Positions 1-10,438 of a stretch of DNA of 64,000 nt are shown in pieces. This DNA comes from Heteronotia binoei (lineage: Eukaryota), in NCBI RefSeq assembly GCF_032191835.1, contig NC_083223.1, forward strand, positions 20,894,001 to 20,958,000, written 5' to 3'. The notes below the pieces were generated by a model, which ran no database searches, was not told the DNA's origin, and was given only the letters and a program-made list of their open reading frames with translations. The stretch's first letter is position 1; every line of letters begins with the position of its first letter. The translations under genes and the position numbers were made by a program.

Positions 1-149
1 TCTAGTTTGCCATAGGAAAAAGGAATACAATAAAATATAGTGAAAATGGGTAAAGCATATGTAATGAGATATACAGCCAATATCCCTATTTTGAGTATGT
101 CAATACAGATAACTATACTGATACACAATTCTAAAAGAGAAACACATTG

Positions 150-410
150 GAATACTGTGGATGTATAGCTATACTCACAGAGTGGGTTTAGTATCTGTAA
201 TGAAATAAAAATCCAATATCCCTGTTGTCCTGGGGAGGTGTTTGTTCCAAGTTTCATAATAATTTGTAATTCAGCAATTTCTCCATTCTGTTCTTGAAGT
301 TCCTTTGCAGTAAAACCGCTACCTTGAGGTCACCCATGGAATGCTTTGGAAGGTTAAAGTGTTCTCCCACAGATTTCTCAGTTCTGTGATTCCTAATGTC
401 AGATTTGTGT
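150..410 (-). mobile_element. Penelope-like element fragment, GIY-YIG endonuclease C-terminus (frameshifted)
   Basis: Manual minus-strand translation gives NHRTEKSVGEHFNLPKHSMGDLKVAVLLQRNFKNRME, then after a shift EIAELQIIMKLGTNTSPG. This resembles vertebrate Penelope/Neptune endonuclease ends. Confidence 0.75.
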
Positions 411-417
411 AAATAGT

Positions 418-540
418 AGTTGTGTTGATCTGAAGCAATAGAACAAAGTTTGAGTCAGTGACACAAAGCTTTAAGACCAATGAAGTTTTATTCTGGGTAT
501 AAGCTTTCATGTGCATGCACACTTGTATCAGAAGAAGCAT
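418..540 (-). mobile_element. Penelope pLTR terminus with degenerate minimal hammerhead (498-531)
   Basis: Minus strand reads CTGATACA-AGTGTGCATGCACAT-GAAAGCTT-ATA followed by the same terminal segment as 9988-10116. Confidence 0.65.
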
Positions 541-796
541 AAAAGCTTATACACAGAATTAAAGTTTGTCAGTTCACTTAAAGTGGGTGAGAGTTACCCC
601 CATCTGCAGAGATTTACCATGGGATACAATAAATGGGCAATGGTCTATCTCTAGATCACTGAAGGGGAAGAACATATTTTCTCTTTTGCTTATATAAATA
701 TATCCAGTTGAATGCCTTGAATGTATTATTGTATTCATATTTAATCTGATACTGTAATAAAGCCAATTTCTTTTACTTTGGTCTTGGTTATTTAAA

Positions 797-1076
797 GAAG
801 AAGAAGATGATATTGGATTTATATCCTGCCCTCCACTCCGAAGAGTCTCAGAGCGGCTCACAATCTCCTTTACCTCCCTCCCCCACAACAGACACCCTGT
901 GAGGTGGGTGGGGCTGGAGAGGGCTCTCACAGCAGCTGCCCTTTCAAGGACAACCTCTGCAAGAGTTATGGCTGGCCCAAGGCCATGCTAGCAGGTGCAA
1001 GTGGAGGAGTGGGGTATCAAACCCGGTTCTCCCAGATAAGAGTCTGCACACTTAACCACTACACCAAACTGGCTCT
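797..1076 (-). mobile_element. tRNA-derived MIR/Ther1-type SINE (Squam3-like)
   Basis: A box TGGTGTAGTGG, B-box-like GGTTTGATACC and a (TCT)n tail; near-identical copies recur through the window. Confidence 0.85.
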
Positions 1077-3299
1077 CCAGTTTATAAAGAGCCGTTTCTT
1101 TTGAAACAACCCTATGTAAACATTGGTTTGCCCTTAAACTACCAGCTAAGCCTCACAACTAAATCCCCCACCTTAAGTGAGGAGGGCAGTTTGGCTAACA
1201 CAGGCAGTGTACAGTTGCCAGCTCTGGGAAATCCCAAGATTTGGGGTCCAGGCCTGTAGTGGGTGGGTTTTGGAGAGGCCCTCAGCGGGATATGATGCTA
1301 TAGGGTCCACTTTCCAAAGCAGCCATTTTCTCCAGGAAGATAGTTTTAGAAGGTAACCATGCTGGTCTGCAGTTGGAACAGTTAGATTCAAATCCAGGAT
1401 CAGTAACACGGTTTTCAGGGTCTACATTTTTGAAAGCCTCAGCCCCCTTTGTCAGGCACAAGCAGAGTAGAAATGCAGATCTCTGAAGGTTTTCTTAAAA
1501 AAAAAAATCCTAGTCAGAAAGTGAGAGGGGTGGTGGAAACAATGTTTATAAAGCATGCAAAAGTGATGAGCAATAGTAACACCATTTTTGAGAGATTTTG
1601 CAAAGTTGCTGCAGGCAGCCAACATCAGGCTGGGCTTTCACTCAACTCAGTGAACTTTTATATAGTTTTTTTGTGTAAAATAAGAGACAAGGGCATTCTT
1701 GTGAGGTGGGAGGTATTGAGTACAGAAGAACAAATTGTCTCTGTGTGAAAAGCTTATCTGTTGGCTTGCTGACACATAACTAGACTATAAAATGTGCAAG
1801 AATAGAATAAGTCCGTGCATGGAAACGTGCTGAAGACGAAAGCCATTCTTCTGTGGCAGTTGTGTTGATGGCCACAGTAGCATTTGTTAAGCATAAAGGA
1901 AGGTGAGAGAACAGAGGGAACTTGACAGAGGCCCAAAAAGGTGAAGATTTCTTCACTGAAGAAGATGTAGTTCCTCTTGTTATCTAGGTTGCTAAATGAG
2001 CAACACTCTTATCAGTAAAGAACAGTAAAGAATACCTGTAGTGTTCAGTCTTGATTACGTACTATACAGGCTAACATCATGATATCTTAATCAGGCCCTC
2101 TGTGCTGTTGTCTGATAGGGGTCTCCTTTATCCAAATAAAGGTCCACTCTGCAGGGAAGGAATCCCTCCTGTTGTGTTACACACCAGGAAAACAGCCTCT
2201 TTGGCATAGGGTTGGCAGGTCCAACTCAGGAACTATCTGGGGACTTTGGGGCTGGAGCCAAAAACAAGGTTGTGGCAAGCACAATTGAACTCCAAAGGGA
2301 GTTCTGGCGGTCACATTCAAAGGGACTGCACTCCTTTTAAATGCCTTCCTTTCTTTGGAAATAATGGAGGATGGGGGCACCTTCTTTTGAGGCTCATAGA
2401 ATTGGACCCCCTGGCCCAATCCTTTTGAAACTTGGGGGATACTTTGTGAAGAGATACCAGATTCTATATTGAAACTTGGGGGATACTTTGTGGGGAGATA
2501 CCCGATTCTATATTGAAAATTTGGTGCCTCTACCTCAAAAAACCACCACCCCCCAGAGACCAATGGATCGATTTTCCATTATGCCCTATATATAATGGAG
2601 TGCCCAGTGGACATTCAAACCCCATCCTACCCCCTTCTCCACTGGCACTGGGGAAGGGCCTCCAAACCAGTGGATCTCTTGCCCCCAACTGGGAGATTGG
2701 CAACCCTACTGTGGCATACAAAAGTACAGAACATACTATCATGACCTTGATTAGAACAGAGGGAAAACGCTTGGGGAACTGATCTCTGTAGTCTTGAGAT
2801 GCCTTACAATTTTGGGAGCTCTCCAGGTCCCCCCTAGAAGTTGGTAACCTTACTGAAGGTGCGAAAGCACTTGACCTGTTTGGCTTTGGCTTCTTCTACC
2901 CGCCACAAAAAGCGGCTGGCCAGCATGAGCATGCATTGCCCAGTCAGGCAAGAAGAGCCCCTCCCACTCTATGCTGTGGGAAGTGTGGCACCCACAGCTG
3001 CTTTGCATGGGGGGCCGACTCAAGCCCCAAGCTCGCCCCACAGGGAGCACATTTCTCGCCAGCCTGCCCTTTCACTCACACCTGCTGGGTTGGACGGGGC
3101 AGGGAAACCTGAGGGGAATGGCACTAGGGCAGCTTCCTGCACGGGAGGAGGAGGAAGAAGAAGGTTTTCATTGCAGCCGTTTTTGTCCTTCAATGTATTT
3201 CCGTGGAGCCCACGCAAGTCAATTGACAATCTTCTCTCCCATTATATCCTATGGACAACCCAGCGTCTTCCATTGTTTTCTAATGGGCAATCTTGTCAT

Positions 3300-4030
3300 T
3301 CCTTTTAGTGCATCCGGAAGCAGCAGCAGCAACAGCAACAGCAGCCTCTTGCAAAGGGGAAGTCACGTTTGTCAGCTTCCCCGAAAGCAAAGGGGTGGGT
3401 AGGGCGCTCATGGCGGGGACTGGAGGGAGAAATTGGCTTCCTAACGAGGAGAGGAGGAATCTCCCCCCACCGGGCGAGAGGTGGAGCTCTGGGCGGCGCT
3501 GAGGCTGTCGGGCCTGGCAGGAGAAGAGGAGCTGCGTGAAGACGAGGAGGAAGAAGCTGCTCCGTTTCTCTCGTGGGGTAGGAGAGATGCAGGGCCGCCT
3601 GGGCAGCTCTCAGGGGAAGGGAGAAAGGCCCCCGGGTCGCCTTCAGAGCCGGTCCCATGGAGAGAGCTCCGGCCGCCTCTTCCTCCGCGGCCGCTGCCCG
3701 GGGGTGGGAGGCTGGGGGTTGCCTGGCTGCCTCTCCTTTGTCGTCCCAGTTGGGAGGCCTGCAAGAGGGGAGTCGCGTCGTCGTCTCGGCTTCTGCCCCC
3801 TTGAGAGTTTGGGGGGCTCTGCCTGGGAAGGGAAGGGAAGGCGGGCAGGGCTGGGGAGGGGAAACTAGTGGATTTCGTGGTTTTGGGCCACCGGCCCAGC
3901 CGCCTCCCAGGAGCCAAAGTTTTGAGACGGTTCTGCTCCTCTGCAAGGCGGGTGGGAATGCCGGCTGTGGGGCAGCCTCGGCCTCTGCAGGGTGTGTGTT
4001 TGCAGGGCGAGTGGTTGGTCGCTGGGGGAA
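3300..4030. promoter_or_regulatory. CpG island, probable PHF11 promoter/first-exon region; G-quadruplex-forming tract at 3825-3861
   Basis: Only extended non-repeat GC/CpG-rich stretch upstream of the first PHF11 coding exon, which opens with a splice acceptor. G3+ runs read GGGAAGGGAAGGGAAGGCGGGCAGGGCTGGGGAGGGG. Confidence 0.6.
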
Positions 4031-4254
4031 AGGGTGATTAACATGTGGAATTCACTGCCGCAGGAGGCGGTGTTGGCTACAAGCATGGGCAGCTTCAAGA
4101 GGGGATTGGATAAAAATATGGAGCAGAGGTTCATCAGTTGCTATTAGCTACAGTATGTGTGTGTGTGTACACACATATATTGGCCACTGTGTGACACAGA
4201 GTGTTGGACTGGAGGGGCCACTGGCCTGATGCAACAGGGCTTCTCTTATGTCCT
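4031..4254 (+). mobile_element. CR1 LINE 3' fragment
   Basis: Reads RVINMWNSLPQEAVLATSMGSFKRGLDK, then the 3'UTR also seen at 40170-40482. Confidence 0.8.
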
Positions 4255-5058
4255 TATGTGACACAGAGTGTTGGACTGGATGGGCCATTGGCCTGGTCCA
4301 ACAGGGCTTCTCTTATGTCCTTATGTGACACAGAGTGTTGGACTGGATGGGCCATTGGCCTGGTCCAACAGGGCTTCTCTTATGTCCTTATGTGACACAG
4401 AGTGTTGGACTGGATGGGCCACTGGCCTGATCCAACAGGGCTTCTCTTATGTCCTTATGTGACACAGAGTGTTGGACTGGATGGGCCACCGGCCTGATCC
4501 AACATGGCTTCTCTTATGTTCTTATGTGACACAGAGTGTTGGACTGGATGGGCCACCGGCCTGATCCAACATGGCTTCTCTTATGTCCTTATGTGACACA
4601 GAGTGTTGGACTGGATGGGCCACTGGCCTGATCCAACAGGGCTTCTCTTATGTTCTTATGTGACGCAGAGTGTTGGACTGGATGGGCCATTGGCCTGATC
4701 CAACATGGCTTCTCTTATGTCCTTATGTGACACAGTGTGTTGGACTGGATGAGCCATTGGCCTGATCCAACAGGGCTTCTCTTATGTCCTTATGTGACAC
4801 AGTGTGTTGGACTGGATGGGCCATTGGCCTGATCCAACAGGGCTTCTCTTATGTCCTTATGTGACACAGTGTGTTGGACTGGATGGGCCATTGGCCTGAT
4901 CCAACAGGGCTTCTCTTATGTCCTTATGTGACACAGTGTGTTGGACTGGATGGGCCATTGGCCTGATCCAACATGGCTTCTTTTATGTCCTTATGTGACA
5001 CAGAGTGTTGGACTGGATGGGCCATTGGCCTGATCCAACATGGCTTCTCTTATGTTCT
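4188..5058 (+). repeat. Tandem array, 13 x 67 bp, made from the CR1 3' terminus
   Basis: Unit tatgtgacacagagtgttggactggatgggccattggcctgatccaacagggcttctcttatgtcct starts at 4255, 4322, 4389 ... 4992; first partial unit at 4188. Confidence 0.95.
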
Positions 5059-5142
5059 TAAGGGGACTGCATGGAGCGCTAGGCCTAATCCAGCAGCCAG
5101 CAGGGCTCATCTAGTGTGCAGAGATAAGAGTGCGGCCCAGGA

Positions 5143-5440
5143 TAGGTGGCAGGGGGTGGCCCAGAGCAGGGGTGGGCCAACTGTGGCTCAGGAGCAACAT
5201 GTAGCTCTTTCATACATATTATATGGCTCTCAAAGTCCCCACTGGCTTGGAGAAAGTATTTCTCTCTCTAAATCATTTCTCCAACCCAGCTGGGGGCTTG
5301 GAGAAAGCATTTAAAGTTGATTTTCCCCCACCTTTCTTCCTTCCCTCCCTCCATTCCTCAAACATCTGATGTTCCTGTCTTGCAGCTATCAAACATCTGA
5401 GGTTTATTCTATGTGGCTCTTACATTAAGCAAGCTTAACA
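5143..5440. mobile_element. Non-autonomous hAT-type element (caggggtgg.. family), degenerate
   Basis: Shares terminal and internal sequence with 24353-24654, which has an 8-bp TSD. Confidence 0.6.
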
Positions 5441-6399
5441 TAACGGCTGCGCACCTGGGCTTATGTTAAGCAGGTTTGGCCATCCTTGGCCCAGAGCAGA
5501 CCCCCCCGCCCTCCAAAAGCCCACCTGATCAGTCTTTCATTAAAGCCCTGTTCACATGGTACAGCGAACCTGCATATATCCTGCCTATACAGGTACATTG
5601 TAAGAAAGCGCCATTGTGATTTTTTTACAAATGAAACCAGCAACCCTACCTGGATAAAAGGTGGGGTTTCGATCACATGTTCAGCTTTACATGGGTTGAC
5701 TGTAACATGAGAATCATTCAATGCATGTGTAAAGAATAAGTGAGCGTACACTGAATGCATACATGTATTCAGATGTAACTTATGAAGAGCTTTTTAAGAG
5801 CATCCCAAATGACATGCCTACCACGTTTGTGTTCCTGTGGTGCCAAGGGGTTGTTCCCAGAAAGGGAATAAAGCAAAACCCCAGTGTCACCTTAAAGTCT
5901 AACAACATTGATTGTAATAGGAGCTTTACCTTTTTCAGCCCACTTTCTCAGATAGATGAGAAGTGGGGGTTACATGGGCTGTCTGGAAAGGGGGCTTTGA
6001 CTCCTGAAAGCTGTGCTATTGCAATCAATGTTGTTAGGCTTCAAGGTGATACTGGGCTTTTGTTTAAATTTTTCTATGTCAGGCTAACTCAGCTACCCCT
6101 TTGCAACTCACACGGGGAGACTTCTTCCCCATTATTATTTCCCACAGTTGACTTTAGCCTGTCCATCTGTATCCTCAGGTGGGTCACAGAGTCCTTCCTG
6201 TCAGGTCATGGCCCCGTTTAGGAAAGCCATATTTATTTGTGCTCGTTTTTGGAAGGTCTGTTTATTCTTTTCTTTAGGGGCTAAACTCTTTGAACTGTGT
6301 ACAGAGGCACTGTTGACACATGATGGCATATACCTCACTGGAGGATGTTCCTAAGGAGAATATGCTCAAAGGTGATGGTTGACTTATACCAGGGCAGAA

Positions 6400-6512
6400 G
6401 GACTAGTGTGGTGTAATGGTTAAAATGCTCTGCTGGGAACAGGGAGACCCAGATTTTAATCCCCATTTTGCTGGGTACCAATCACTGCCTTTCAACCAAA
6501 CCTACCTAACAG
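6400..6512 (+). mobile_element. Old MIR-like SINE, 5' part (3' part at 9209-9295)
   Basis: tRNA-like head gtgtggtgtaatggtt; the SINE core resumes after the CR1 end at tacctcatgggg. Confidence 0.6.
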
Positions 6513-6566
6513 TGTGATGTGATGGCTAAAAAGGCAAAAGCAATTTTGGGCTGTATCAGCAGAAGT

Positions 6567-8607
6567 GTGGTTTTAAACAGTTTTTATTGATAACATATGG
6601 TAACAATTTCCATTAATAACTTCTTTTCATCTATCCCATATGCTTCTTTCTAATCACCCCTCCCCCCGTTACTTGACCCCCGCCAGTGTTATTTACTCAA
6701 AATACTAACATTAAAAGGTACCCTTAATTCCTAAGAACGAAAATTAATATTATTCTTTCTTCTAAAGTTTAATCATTATTAAAAAGCCGTATATGGCCTG
6801 GGACCTGCCTACCTGAAGGACCGTCTCTCATCACACGTTTCCCAGAGAGTACTGAGGTCTGGGACTCAAAACCTTCTCACCATCCCCGGGCCTAAGGAAG
6901 TCCGTCTCAAGACAGCCAGAGACAGGGCCTTCTCCACAATGGCCCCTACATGGTGGAACCAGCTGCCGGAAGAGGTGAGGGCCCTGCGGGACCTTGCTCA
7001 GTTCCGCAGGGCCTGTAAGACAACCCTCTTCCGGTTAGCCTACGCCTGACTGGGAAATAAATGTAGCTTATTAGACTTCTGTGACTCATATGGTATAGAT
7101 TTAATGTTAAAATTTTAAGGTTTTTAGGTTTTTAAATGTTTTAACTTTTAAATGTAATAATTTTGAACTTTGTTTTATTGTTTTATTGGTTGTTGTGAGC
7201 TGCCCTGAGCCACTTTGTGGGAAGGGCGGGATATAAGTTATAGAATAAATAAATACATAAATAAATCATTATTAAAAATTGTCCAATGTCCTTTTACTTT
7301 CCACTCGTCTTCTACATAACTTCTAAATTTTTTCCACTCCCTTTTAAAATCTTCTAAATCATAGTCTCTTAAAGTTCTTGTTAATTTGTCCATCTCACTC
7401 CATGTCATAACTTTTACAATCCAATCCCATTTTCTGGTATTTTTTCTTGCTTCCATAACTGCGCATATAGTGTCCTAGCAGCTGAAAGCAAGTACCAAAT
7501 TATAGTTCTATCTTCTTTTGGAAATTTTTCCATTTGTAATCCCAACAGAAAAGTCTCTGCAGCTTTCTTGAATTCATATCCCAAGATCCTAGAAATTTCT
7601 TGTTGGATCATCTGCCAATACTTTTTCACTGTTTCACAAGTCCACCACATATGGTAGAAAGAACCTTCATGTTTTTTACATTTCCAGCATCTGTCTGGCA
7701 TCTTGTTATTCATCTTTGCCAATTTTTTAGGAGTCATATACTATCTATACATCATTTTAAAACAGTTCTCTTTAATACTCTGACATGTTGAAAGTTTCAT
7801 AGAGTTCTTCCATAAATATTCCCATGTATCCATCTGTATTTCTTTATTTACATTTATTGCCCATTTAATCATTTGAGATTTCACTACTTCATCTTCTGTA
7901 GACCATTTTAAAAGTAACATAAGTTTTTGAAATTAATTTTTCATTATCTCCAAGCAGAACTTTTTCCATTTGTTTGCTCTCGTCTTATTCTTTCAGTTTT
8001 AATATCGTTTTCCACCAAACTCTATTTGTTGCATTTGAAACCAATCGTATTTGTTATTCAACTCCACAGCAGTTTTCAATTCTATTTTGCCACTTTGTAT
8101 TTTTAATAATTGATTGTATGACAGCCATTTTTCCTCACCTATCTCAGCTGTTATTATCACTTCCTCTGGCACTATCCATAATGGTTTTCTTTAATCACCA
8201 TATTTCTTATATTTCATCCAGGTATTCAACAAATTATTTCTTATATAATGGTAAGAGAAAAAACTATCCCTCTTTTTCTTCCCATAATACATAAAAGCGT
8301 GCCAGCCGAATTTATTTCCATGACCTTCCAACGCTACAAGTTTTTTATTCAACTGCATCACCCAATCTTTTATCCACACTAAACAAACTGCTTCATGATA
8401 TAATCTTAAATCTGATCATTGGAATCCTCCTCTTTCTTTAGCATCTATTAAAACTTTCATTTTAATCCTTGGTTTCTTCCCAGCCCATACAAATTCCGAA
8501 ATCTTTCTTTGCCATCTGTTAAATTGTTGCCAAAATCCTTCTTTGAACTGGTTAAACAAGAAAACCTAGAAGACATATGGAGAAAATTTAATCCTGAAGT
8601 ACGAGAT
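6567..8607 (-). mobile_element. L1 LINE, 5'-truncated with a 5' inversion, interrupted by an L2
   Basis: ORF2 C-terminal CWKC..FYHMWWTC motif (ORF 7414-7737) and AATAAA near 6585. 15-bp TSD TGTATCAGCAGAAGT at 6552-6566 and 8608-8622. Confidence 0.85.
6785..7263 (+). mobile_element. L2 LINE 3' fragment
   Basis: Reads KAVYGLGPAYLKDRL...RAFSTMAPTWWNQLPEEVRAL...FRRACKTTLF, then an (AATA)n tail. Flanked by AATCATTATTAAAA at 6771-6784 and 7264-7277. Confidence 0.9.
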
Positions 8608-9321
8608 TGTATCAGCAGAAGTATACTGTCCAGATCACATGAAGTGATGGTATTGCTTTACTTTGCTCTGGTAAGACCTCACCTGGAGTATTGTGTTCAG
8701 TTTGGGGCACCACATTTTAAGAAGGATATAGACAAGCTGGAACGGGTCCAGAGAAGGGCAACAAAGATGATGAGGGAGACAAAGTCCTATGAAGAAAGGT
8801 TAAAGGAGCTGGGCATGTTTAGCCTGGAGAGGAGGCGGCTGAGAGGTGATAGGATCACCATCTTCAAGTACTTGAAGGGCTGTCATATAGAATTGGTGTG
8901 GAATTGTTTTCTGTGGCCCCAGAAGGTAGGACCAGAACCAACGGGTTGAATTTAAATCAAAAGAGTTTCCGGCTCAACATTAGGAAGAACGTCCTGACCA
9001 TTAAAGCAGTTCCTCAGTGGAACAGGCTTCCTCGGGAGGTGGTGGGCTCTCCTTCTTTGGAGGTTTTTGAACAGAGGCTAGATGGCCATCTGACAGCAAT
9101 GAGGATCCTGTGGATTTAGGGGGAGGTATTTGTGAGTTTCCTGCATTGTTCAGGGGGTTGGACTAGATGACCCTGGAAGTCCTTTCCAACTCTGTGAATC
9201 TATGATTTTACCTCATGGGGTGGTTATGAAAATAAAATATTGAAGAGGGAAAACATGTACACTGCCCTGAGCTCCTTGGAGGACAGGTGAGATGAGGAAA
9301 ATTGAGGAGGATACTCTACAG

Positions 9322-9533
9322 CAGGGGTGGCCAAGCTTGCTTAATGTAAGAGCCACATAGAATGTGAGGAAGGAAGGAAGGTAAACAGATGGGGGAAGGA
9401 GAGGTGGAAAGAAATCAACTTTAACTTTAAATGCAGAGACAAGCCTGTTGATGGGGCGGTGGGGGCTTCAAGAGCCATGTAATATGTGTGAAAGAGTCAC
9501 ATGCGGCTTGAGAGTCACAGCTCGACCACCCCT
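9322..9533. mobile_element. Non-autonomous hAT-type element
   Basis: TIRs caggggtggcca / cgaccacccctg; same family as 24353-24654. Confidence 0.7.
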
Positions 9534-9987
9534 GATCTACAGTAACCGTTGAGATTTTCAGATTGTTCTGGGAGATGGATAGGAGAGCAATTATAGATAT
9601 AATGATGGTAAGGATTTTTGTTGTTGTTTGGCACAGGCCGTGATATCACTCCTCAGCTGTAAAATGCAAAGTAAATATTTGCCAATTTGGATTCCACTTT
9701 TATTGATCACATCCAGTGTAAACATTCACAGGAGGTACAAAATAGTGGACCCAAACTGCCTTTTGTAACTTTATACTGGTTTTCTTATTGCAGCAGAGCT
9801 ATTTGGGAACCGGTGAATTATTTGCAGATGTTCTGAAAATTAGATGGGTGGGAATTTTCTCAGTGACTTGGATGGGAGCCCCATTTAAGAGCAGGATGCA
9901 AGTGGGAAAGTCCACTTTGCCACCGGAATGCCAACAAGGAAGTGAAAGGTAATTGACATTCAGTCTCCTCCTCACTGTGCACCCAAG

Positions 9988-10438
9988 GTAGATCCAGGCG
10001 GGCAGCCGTGTTGGTCTGAAGCAGTAGAACGAAGAAGGGGTCCCGTAGCACCTTTAAGGCCAACAAAGTTTTATTCGGAATGTAAGCTTTCCTATGCTTG
10101 CATACTTCTTCAGACAATGGAATGGGGTGCAGCGAGCAGAGCTATGTATAGCTGGCAGGGAGTGGTTAAGAATGCAAAGTGGTACGAAGTTAGAATCCAA
10201 TGGCAAAAGAGTGAAATCACCAAATTGAAAGAACATTTGCTATCCAGGCCAAATGATCTTTCGATTTGGTAATTTCACTATTTTGCCATTGGATTTTAAC
10301 TTTGCATGCTTAATCACTGCCCACCGGCTATAAGTAGCTCTACTCACTGTACCCCATTCCATTGTCTGATGAAGTATGCCTGCATATGAACGCTTACATT
10401 CTAAATAAAACTTTGTTGGTCTTAAAGGTGCTACGGGA
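9988..10438. mobile_element. Inverted pair of Penelope pLTR fragments, each with a minimal hammerhead core
   Basis: Arms at about 10041-10232 and 10257-10438 are reverse complements. Hammerhead motifs at 10081-10116 (-) and 10363-10398 (+). Confidence 0.8.

Larger units (their letters stand above)
6513..9206 (+). mobile_element. CR1 LINE 3' fragment split by an L1 (pieces 6513-6566 and 8608-9206)
   Basis: CDVMAKKAKAILGCISRS continues as CISRSILSRSHEVMVLLYFALVRPHLEYCVQF. Ends in a CR1-type tail, ctgtgaatctatgatt. Confidence 0.9.

Noticed and set aside
3383-3392. ISRE-like GAAAGCAAAG in the putative PHF11 promoter
   Set aside because: Imperfect match to GAAANNGAAA and too short to support from sequence alone.
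3657-3703. MERAPAASSSAAAAR as a coding first exon of PHF11
   Set aside because: The donor at 3704 is phase 2 and would hit a stop on joining 13825; the main frame is also closed by TAA at 13836.
2841-4037. Several 100-213 aa ORFs over the CpG island
   Set aside because: Overlapping ORFs on both strands in GC-rich DNA with low-complexity products and no recognisable domain.
4188-5058. CRISPR-like regular repeats (also 17064-17895)
   Set aside because: Units are head-to-tail with no unique spacers, derive from retroposon 3' ends, and there are no cas genes in this eukaryotic DNA.
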